A DNA stretch of 64,000 bases. Source: an uncultured delta proteobacterium (GTDB lineage Bacteria; Desulfobacterota; Binatia; DP-6). The stretch spans positions 1,600,001 through 1,664,000 of the forward strand of contig CAWFFN010000005.1 of the NCBI GenBank assembly GCA_963815115.1. Direction: 5' to 3'. The notes beneath the pieces were generated by a model. It was not told the DNA's origin, made no database searches, and was given only the letters and a program-made list of their open reading frames with translations. Each line of letters begins with the position of its first letter. The stretch's first letter is position 1. The position numbers and the translations under genes are program-made. Shown one piece after another: positions 57,775-64,000 of the stretch.

Positions 57775-57894
57775 GGAGCGCCTAGGTCGATTCGCTCACT
57801 ACCCCCGGCGTCGCTTGCCAGCGGGTCGAAGAGTCGGGCGCGTCCCACGGTCCGACGCGCGGCTGGTACTGGAGCAGCAGCGTCGTTCCTGATC

Positions 57895-58065
57895 TTACAT
57901 ATGCCGCCGCTGACGATACAGGAGGCCGACGGCGGAACCACGAGGGGCAAATTCTCCTGGTCGGCAGCCGTGCTCGACTAACTCAGGTGGAAGTGAGTGT
58001 TCGTCCTCGGGAAGGTCTCCGGGCACGTCGGCCGCGACCGCCGTGGACTCCTCTTCCTCGTGCAT
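57895..58065 (-). CDS. Possible small acidic protein (56 aa)
   Basis: GGAGGG RBS before the ATG (MHEEEESTAVAAD...); atypical codon usage. Confidence 0.3.
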   Translation of the reverse strand: MHEEEESTAVAADVPGDLPEDEHSLPPELVEHGCRPGEFAPRGSAVGLLYRQRRHM

Positions 58066-58442
58066 GATCCCTCCAGTGCGCTTCCGCGCCGCGAGATGCA
58101 GCGTCACCCCGGATACCAGCACAAGGGCGACGCCGGAAGCTCGGGAAACTCCTTGCGTAGTCCTACGCGGGTTGCATCCGTGTCTGCTGGTAACAGCAGA
58201 TGAAGCGCCAGGTTTTGTCGCCTGAGCCGCCGCAGGCCGTCTCGTCATGCGTGTCTTCGGTCGCGAGCCGGCGCTTCAAACTGAGTTCAGTACGTGCTCC
58301 CCGATCGATTTGCATTCCGGTGGCGAAGGCATAGGCTCCCCAGCACTCCCTGCTGCGCTCGCGTACAGGCTCCCCGCGCGTACCTCGAGCGGCGCACACC
58401 GGCGCCCGCTATGGTTCTCGAGCCCATCGATGGAGGCTCGTC

Positions 58443-58646
58443 ATGCTCGAGGGGGCGCAGCGCGTGGAGATCGCGGACGTGGAGGTGATGGACAGCGGCA
58501 GCCTGGTCATGCGCTGCCGGATTGGCGACAGAGTCTTGTGGGTGCCATCCCTGGGGACGCTTCCCGGTACGGAGATCGCGCGCCAGGGAGACAGGGGGCG
58601 GCTCGTCCTTCCGCAAGACCTCGCTGTCGATCTCGGTCTCGCCTAG
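58443..58646 (+). CDS. Small hypothetical protein (67 aa)
   Basis: GGAGG RBS and a globular-looking sequence (VEIADVEV..CRIGDRVLWVP..GDRGRLVLP..AVDLGL). Confidence 0.65.
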   Translation: MLEGAQRVEIADVEVMDSGSLVMRCRIGDRVLWVPSLGTLPGTEIARQGDRGRLVLPQDLAVDLGLA

Positions 58647-58675
58647 CCGTTGGCTAGAGGAGGTGTCGCGCGCCG

Positions 58676-58978
58676 ATGAGCCTCGACCGCAAGCTCGCGC
58701 GCTGGGAAGACGCTGGCCTGATCGACGGCGACACCCGGGCGCGCATCCGGGCGTTCGAGCAATCGGAGCGCGCGCCGGTCGCCCTCTACGCCCTGGGCGT
58801 GCTCGGGGCCGGCACCCTGGCGCTGGGCGTCGTGTCGGTCGTCGCCGCGAACTGGGACGGCATTCCGGGAAGCGTGAAGCTCGGCGGCGACCTGCTGATC
58901 GGCGCGGTGCTCGCGATGTCGACGTACGTCGCCGTCCGGCGTGGCCCTCGTTCGAATGTCATGAGGAACACCTCCTGA
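58676..58978 (+). pseudogene. Truncated DUF2157-like membrane protein (5' remnant)
   Basis: GGAGG RBS and W..AGLID...LG.L..GVVS.VAANW..IP..VKL, the N-terminal signature of a normally much longer membrane protein; ends at 100 aa. Confidence 0.65.
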
Positions 58979-59051
58979 CCTTGATGGAGTCGGGAGGACC
59001 CGAAAGGTGCCCGCGCCGCGGATCCCGCGACGACGTCTCGTGGGCCGGGGA

Positions 59052-59954
59052 TCAGACGACCCCGGCGCAGCCGAGGTGGCCCATCGGCCGGGCCCGGTAG
59101 CCGTCGGTACGCGTGTCGAGGTAGCGTCGCTGAATCTCGGGGGGATCGAGCTGCTCGATCAGCGTCCATCCCGTTGCCTGCAGGTCGGCCTCCAGGGTGG
59201 TGGGATCGAGACCCGTGATGATCGGCTCGCCGACCGCACGAGCACGCTCCAGCGTCTTCCGACCGCGCTCTGATCCGGCCCCGGAGAGCGCCTGCGGATG
59301 GATGAAGTCGAATATCAGCTCGCTGCCGCTCGCGGCGACCGTTCGCACGGCACGCCACGTGTCGTCGATCGCGACGCGCGTGAGGTACATGGTGACCCCG
59401 AGCCATGAGAAGATCGCCGGTTGCTCGGCGCGGAACGGGAGGCGGCCGAGCGCATCGGCGACGCTCTCGCGCTCGAAATCGACCACCCCGAAGTGAAGGT
59501 TGGGCGGATCCGTGAGACCGGCGGCGGCGAGGCGCGCCCGCTTGAACGCCTGGCTCCGGGGATGGTCCAGCTCGAAGACCTGGACCCGGTCGCGCACGTC
59601 GGCGCGCCGGAAGGCGAAGGTGTCGAGCCCGGCGCCGATCAGAACGTACTGGCTCACCCCGCGGTCCACGGCCATCGCGAGCCGATCCTCGCTGTAGCGA
59701 GCGCGGGCCAGCACGAGCGAAGCGGGGGTGGTCAGGCGCAGCGCGCGCGCCAGCACGGCGTGCGGATCCCCGGGCGGGAGCCCTGCCTCGAGCCCGTCGC
59801 GCGTGCGCCGGTCCTCGAACGCCGCCATCTCGGCCGGGGTCAGCAGCCGGTGTGCGTAGGGGTCGTCCAGAAGCTTCGGCTCGTCGTGCAGATGGTGCTG
59901 CGCCCGGTAGAACGCCGCGGCGAGGGCGGTCTTGCTGTACTGGCCTGTCTGCAT
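59052..59954 (-). CDS. SAM-dependent methyltransferase (LCM/YktD-like)
   Basis: SKTA..AA..RA, DPYA, QYVLIGAGLDTFA, FELDHP and WLGVTMYL. Confidence 0.9.
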   Translation of the reverse strand: MQTGQYSKTALAAAFYRAQHHLHDEPKLLDDPYAHRLLTPAEMAAFEDRRTRDGLEAGLPPGDPHAVLARALRLTTPASLVLARARYSEDRLAMAVDRGVSQYVLIGAGLDTFAFRRADVRDRVQVFELDHPRSQAFKRARLAAAGLTDPPNLHFGVVDFERESVADALGRLPFRAEQPAIFSWLGVTMYLTRVAIDDTWRAVRTVAASGSELIFDFIHPQALSGAGSERGRKTLERARAVGEPIITGLDPTTLEADLQATGWTLIEQLDPPEIQRRYLDTRTDGYRARPMGHLGCAGVV

Positions 59955-60060
59955 GGGGGAGAAACCCTATCCTCCCGTGCACGCCGTCGCGACCGGTGGC
60001 CCGAAGGACCGCGCTCACGGCTCGCGTCCTCCCGCGGTTTATCGTAGTCGGCGAGACCAG

Positions 60061-61215
60061 ATGGGCCGACGGGTCCTGCTCGTGCAGCTGTCGCTGCAAC
60101 CGCCGGGAGGTGGCAACGGCGTCGCTGCGTGGTTTCTCCAGGCGCTCGCGCGCGAGCATCGGGTGACCGTCCTCTCGTGGTGGCCAGTCGACGTCGCGCC
60201 CATCGACCGGTTCTTCGGCACCAGCCTGCGCGAGGTCGGGTTCGACACCCTCGGCCCGCCGCCCGCCTGGGTGACGATGCTGGACCGCCTCCCGATTCCG
60301 GCGAGTCTCCTCAGAAACGCGCTCCTCATGCGGTTCACCCGGCGGGTGAGCTCGCGCTACGAGGTCGTGCTGGGCGTGCACAACGAGGCCGACTTCGGCC
60401 GGCGCGGCATCCAGTACGTGCACTACCCGACCTACCTGCGCCCACGCCCGCGCGTCGACATGCGCTGGTACCACCAGTCGCGGCGCCTGCTGGACGGCTA
60501 CTACCGGCTCGCGGATCGGGCGGCCGGCCTGTCGTTCGACCGGGTGCGCTCGAATCTCACGCTCGCCAACTCCGACTGGACCGCGCGGCACGTGGAGCGG
60601 CTGCTCGGCGTGCCGGCACGCACCGTCTACCCACCCGTGGCCGATCCCGACCCGCCACCGCCATGGGAAGAGCGCGCGCGCCGCTTCCTCCTCGTCGGTC
60701 GCATCTCTCCGGAGAAGGAGATCGAGCGCGCGATGCGGATCGTTGCCCGCGTGCGGCGCCAGGCTCCGGGCGTCGAGCTGACGATCGTGGGCACCTGCGA
60801 CGCCCGGGCGCGGCGCTATCATCGCAGGCTCACCCGCCTCGCCGCGTCGCTCGGTCCGTGGATCACGTTCCGCGAGAACCCGTCACGGGAAGCGCTGCGT
60901 GCGCTGATGGCCTCGTCGCGCTACGGCATCCACGGCATGCGAGAGGAGCACTTCGGCATGGCGCCGGCCGAGCTCGTGCGGGCGGGGGCGCTCGTCTGGC
61001 TCGGACGCGGCGGCGGCCAGGTCGAGATCGTCGGCGGCGAGGACGCGCTCCTGTACGACACCGAGGAGGAGGCGGCCGAGAAGATCACCACCGTGCTGGC
61101 GAACCCGGCGGAGGAGCGGCGGCTGCGCGAGCATCTCCGTGCGCGCGCGGAGCGGTTCGCCCCGGCCCGCTTCGTCGACGAGGTGCGCGAGATCGTGGCG
61201 GCCTTCGAGACCTGA
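60061..61215 (+). CDS. Glycosyltransferase family 4 (ALG11-like EHFG motif)
   Basis: GGG, YVHYP, ANSDWT, VYPP, GRISPEK and EHFGMAPAE. Confidence 0.88.
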   Translation: MGRRVLLVQLSLQPPGGGNGVAAWFLQALAREHRVTVLSWWPVDVAPIDRFFGTSLREVGFDTLGPPPAWVTMLDRLPIPASLLRNALLMRFTRRVSSRYEVVLGVHNEADFGRRGIQYVHYPTYLRPRPRVDMRWYHQSRRLLDGYYRLADRAAGLSFDRVRSNLTLANSDWTARHVERLLGVPARTVYPPVADPDPPPPWEERARRFLLVGRISPEKEIERAMRIVARVRRQAPGVELTIVGTCDARARRYHRRLTRLAASLGPWITFRENPSREALRALMASSRYGIHGMREEHFGMAPAELVRAGALVWLGRGGGQVEIVGGEDALLYDTEEEAAEKITTVLANPAEERRLREHLRARAERFAPARFVDEVREIVAAFET

Positions 61216-61216
61216 C

Positions 61217-63793
61217 ATGGGCGGCGCACGCCTCCGGTGGCCCGCTGCGCTGCTCGCCGCGGCTGCGGTGGTCGCAGTGACGTGGATCCGCCAGCGGCCG
61301 CTGGGACTCCACGGCCTCGACGTCCATGCGGCGGCCGAGGTGCGGGACCGGCTGGCGGGAGCGAGGCATCTCGACGACGCGGCCGTCGATGCGTGGATCG
61401 CCGAGCATCGGGCGCGTTACGCCCGCAAGGTGGCGTCGACGCGGGACCGGCTGGCGCGACCCTATACGTACAGGGCCCAGGACGGGCGCGACCACGTCTA
61501 CCTCGGGGACTACGACAGCTATCTGTGGCTGCGGCGCGCGCGGCAGTACCTCCGGGCGGGAACCACCTGCGACGCCGTGGCGCACGGAGACTGCCGGGAC
61601 CTCCACACGCTGGCGCCCGTCGGCGGCTCGATGCGCTACGGGCGATCGATCCACATCGCGGCGATCGTTGCCGTGCAGCGGATCGCGGCGCGGCTCCGGC
61701 CGGGCTGGCCGCTGCCGTCGAGCGCCATGCTCGTCCCGATCATCGTGGGCGCGCTCGGCGTGCTGCCCGCATTCGCGCTCGGCCGCCGGCTCGCGGGCGA
61801 CGCGGGCGGTCTGTGCGCGGCGATCGTCGGCGGGACCAACGCCGTGTTCCTCGGACGCAGCATCGGCGGTGACGACGACGTGTGGAACGTCGTGCTGCCG
61901 CTCGCGGTCGTGTGGGCCGTCTCGGCCGCACTCGAAGCACGTCGCCCGATCGCATGCATGGGCTTCGCGGCGCTGGCGGCCGGGTTCCAGGCAGTGCACG
62001 CGCTCAGCTGGCGCGGGGCGCTGGTCACGTGGGGCGTGGTGGTCGGAGCGCTCGCCCTCGACGTCGCCGTGTCCGCGGCGCGCGCGCTCGGCCCCCGGCA
62101 CCGTGCAGCGGCGACCGGCGCGCTCGGTCGCACGAGTCTGACGCTCGTCGTGCTCTGCCTCGCCGGTCTCGGGCTCGCCGCCTTGCGAGGCGAGGCGCGC
62201 GCCTTCCTCCGCGTGCCACTGGACGCGCTGACCGCGCTCGTCGGTCCGGGGAACGTGCCGGCCCCGTCCGGCGAGCATTGGCCGGACACGCTGGCGACGG
62301 TCTCCGAGCTGTCGCACTCCGGCCTCGCGGGTATCGCGAGCGGCGTGGGCGGCGCGCTCTTCTGCTTCGTCGGCTGGCTCGGCCTGCTCCTGCTGGTGCT
62401 CCCGCGCCGGAACTGGGGACCGGCCCACTTCGCCGTGCTCATCGCGGGAACGCTCCTCTATCGCGGGCTGCTGGCAGCGCCCGAGATGAGCCGGGCGATC
62501 CTGCTGGGGCTCGTCGCGCTGCCGCTGGTCGCCGCGCTGGTCGTGTCCATCGGTGAGGATGACGACGACCAGGAGCGCGCTACCCGGCTGCTCGTCGTGG
62601 TGTGGTTTCTCGCCACGTTCCTGCTCGCGTGGGAATGGGTGCGCTTCACGATCCTGCTCGTGGCGCCGTTCGCGCTCGCGTTCGGCGTCGCGCTCGGCCG
62701 CCTGACGTCGTGGTTCGAGGAGGCGGCTGGTCCGTGGCGTCCGGCCGCGCGAGTGGCCGGCTGGCTCGTGGTCGCGGCCGTTCTCCTGCAGCCGCTCCGG
62801 AACGGACTCGACGCTGCGGACGCTTATCTGCCGCGCATGCGGGACGCCTGGTGGGACGGCCTGACCCGGCTCCGCCGCGAGGCGTCCGAGGACGCGGTCG
62901 TCGTCGCGTGGTGGGACTACGGCTACTTCGTGGAGTACGTCGCCGAGCGGGCGAGCGCGGCCGACGGGAGCACGCTCCTCACGCACGCGCCGCACTGGAT
63001 CGCCCGCGCGCTCCTCGCCCAGAGCGAGCGCGAGAGCGCGGGTCTGCTCCGCATGATCGCCTGCGGCTCGGACGCGTCGCCGCACCCGGAGGGCGCGCGG
63101 GGCGCATGGGGAAAGCTGGTCGCCCACGGCATCGACGGCGGGACCGCACACGATCTGGTCATCGCCGTGGCCAGCCTCGATCGAGCGGCCGCAGCCGGGC
63201 GCCTCGGGGCGGCGGGCCTCGATGCGGCCGCGGTCGAGGACGTTCTCGCCTCGACGCACTGCACGCCTCCGCCGACCTACGTTGTGCTGAGCAGTGCGCA
63301 GGCCGCAGCGACGACGTGGACCGTGCTCGGCTCCTGGAGTGACGAGCCCGAGGCGCTGGAGCTGTCGGGCGATGCCACGCCCTGCCGTCCCGACGGCCAT
63401 GGCACCCGCACGTGTGCCGTGCGAGCGGCGCTCGCGGATTCGCTGATCGAGCGCTTCGTCTATGCGGAGGCCGACCCGGCGGCGGGGCGGTTCGTGGTCC
63501 AGTCCTTCGACGGCGGGCCAGCGCGCGAGATGGCGCCGGCGGTCGTGATGCTCGCGGCCGGCGGTCAGGTGCGATCGCTCGAGCCGTCAGCCGCCGATCG
63601 CAGCCCGGTGGGAGTGCTCCTCAACGTCGAGCATGCCCGCGCCGTGGTGGGGACGCCGGCGTTGCTGCGCTCCACGTTCGCTCGCCTGATGTTTCTCGGC
63701 GACGGCGCGGGGAGCCCGTTCGAGCAGGTCGACGAGCGGACGGCGGCCGGCGAGCGGGTCGTGACCTGGCGAGTCCGCTACTTTCCCGATTGA
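61217..63793 (+). CDS. STT3/PglB/AglB-type oligosaccharyltransferase
   Basis: YLGDYDSYLWLR, RSIGGDDD, TVSEL, VRF, the hallmark WWDYG and ADG, with many TM helices; start 1 nt after the GT4 stop. Confidence 0.85.
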   Translation: MGGARLRWPAALLAAAAVVAVTWIRQRPLGLHGLDVHAAAEVRDRLAGARHLDDAAVDAWIAEHRARYARKVASTRDRLARPYTYRAQDGRDHVYLGDYDSYLWLRRARQYLRAGTTCDAVAHGDCRDLHTLAPVGGSMRYGRSIHIAAIVAVQRIAARLRPGWPLPSSAMLVPIIVGALGVLPAFALGRRLAGDAGGLCAAIVGGTNAVFLGRSIGGDDDVWNVVLPLAVVWAVSAALEARRPIACMGFAALAAGFQAVHALSWRGALVTWGVVVGALALDVAVSAARALGPRHRAAATGALGRTSLTLVVLCLAGLGLAALRGEARAFLRVPLDALTALVGPGNVPAPSGEHWPDTLATVSELSHSGLAGIASGVGGALFCFVGWLGLLLLVLPRRNWGPAHFAVLIAGTLLYRGLLAAPEMSRAILLGLVALPLVAALVVSIGEDDDDQERATRLLVVVWFLATFLLAWEWVRFTILLVAPFALAFGVALGRLTSWFEEAAGPWRPAARVAGWLVVAAVLLQPLRNGLDAADAYLPRMRDAWWDGLTRLRREASEDAVVVAWWDYGYFVEYVAERASAADGSTLLTHAPHWIARALLAQSERESAGLLRMIACGSDASPHPEGARGAWGKLVAHGIDGGTAHDLVIAVASLDRAAAAGRLGAAGLDAAAVEDVLASTHCTPPPTYVVLSSAQAAATTWTVLGSWSDEPEALELSGDATPCRPDGHGTRTCAVRAALADSLIERFVYAEADPAAGRFVVQSFDGGPAREMAPAVVMLAAGGQVRSLEPSAADRSPVGVLLNVEHARAVVGTPALLRSTFARLMFLGDGAGSPFEQVDERTAAGERVVTWRVRYFPD

Positions 63794-63999
63794 CGGACCG
63801 CGAGCGTGCAGAAGGTCTTCGACTTCTTGAGCGCCAGCGAGCCGTTGAACGGGAAATCGAGGGCGCCGACTCCCACCGTCGCTCCCGGGAACTTCGGCGT
63901 GCCCGAGTCGTCCTTGATGCTGAAGCAGACCAGGCTCAGCGCCGTATCGTTGGAGCCTCCGTTGTTGATGGGGTCGCAGTAGAGGACGGGCTTGAGGGC
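63778..63999 (-). CDS. 3' end of a Cys-containing, probably secreted protein (truncated by window edge)
   Basis: Manual translation ALKPVLYCDPINNGGSNDTALSLVCFSIKDDSGTPKF...KKSKTFCTLAVRQSGK*, with strong GC3 bias. Confidence 0.65.
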   Translation of the reverse strand, partial: ALKPVLYCDPINNGGSNDTALSLVCFSIKDDSGTPKFPGATVGVGALDFPFNGSLALKKSKTFCTLAVRQSGK

Positions 64000-64000
64000 C

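Noticed and set aside
57900-58330. Riboswitch (e.g. c-di-GMP) or tRNA
   Set aside because: Only short hairpins; no consensus aptamer or cloverleaf could be matched by eye.

Overview
High-GC (roughly 70% by eye), gene-dense bacterial chromosomal segment. The Cys-rich secreted proteins and catabolic gene mix suggest a deltaproteobacterium-like soil/sediment lineage such as Candidatus Binatia (inference, not verified). About 50 CDSs are supportable. They include catabolic and redox enzymes (cNMP-thioredoxin reductase-like protein, flavin monooxygenase, acyl-CoA synthetase, LLM oxidoreductase, IorAB-type molybdoenzyme, ForCE-type formate dehydrogenase with fdhD), a glycan biosynthesis/export cluster (31.4-40.8 kb), an STT3/PglB/AglB-type oligosaccharyltransferase (61.2-63.8 kb), two STAND NTPases and several secreted proteins. 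The best candidate for an undescribed system is a minus-strand three-gene unit at 48.4-54.0 kb: an atypical ECF-like sigma factor, a soluble tandem zinc-finger anti-sigma and a caspase-like CHAT protease fused to STAND-ATPase-TPR. It reads as a CRISPR-independent, NLR-like protease/anti-sigma/sigma cascade. Other highlights are a 55-aa MCPAC ORF missing from the ORF track (upstream of DUF899-GST, behind an ECF42-like promoter), an IlvC-like/SnoaL fusion, sigma54 promoter motifs, three single-base frameshifts and several truncated gene remnants. No rRNA, tRNA, CRISPR array or transposase was recognised.
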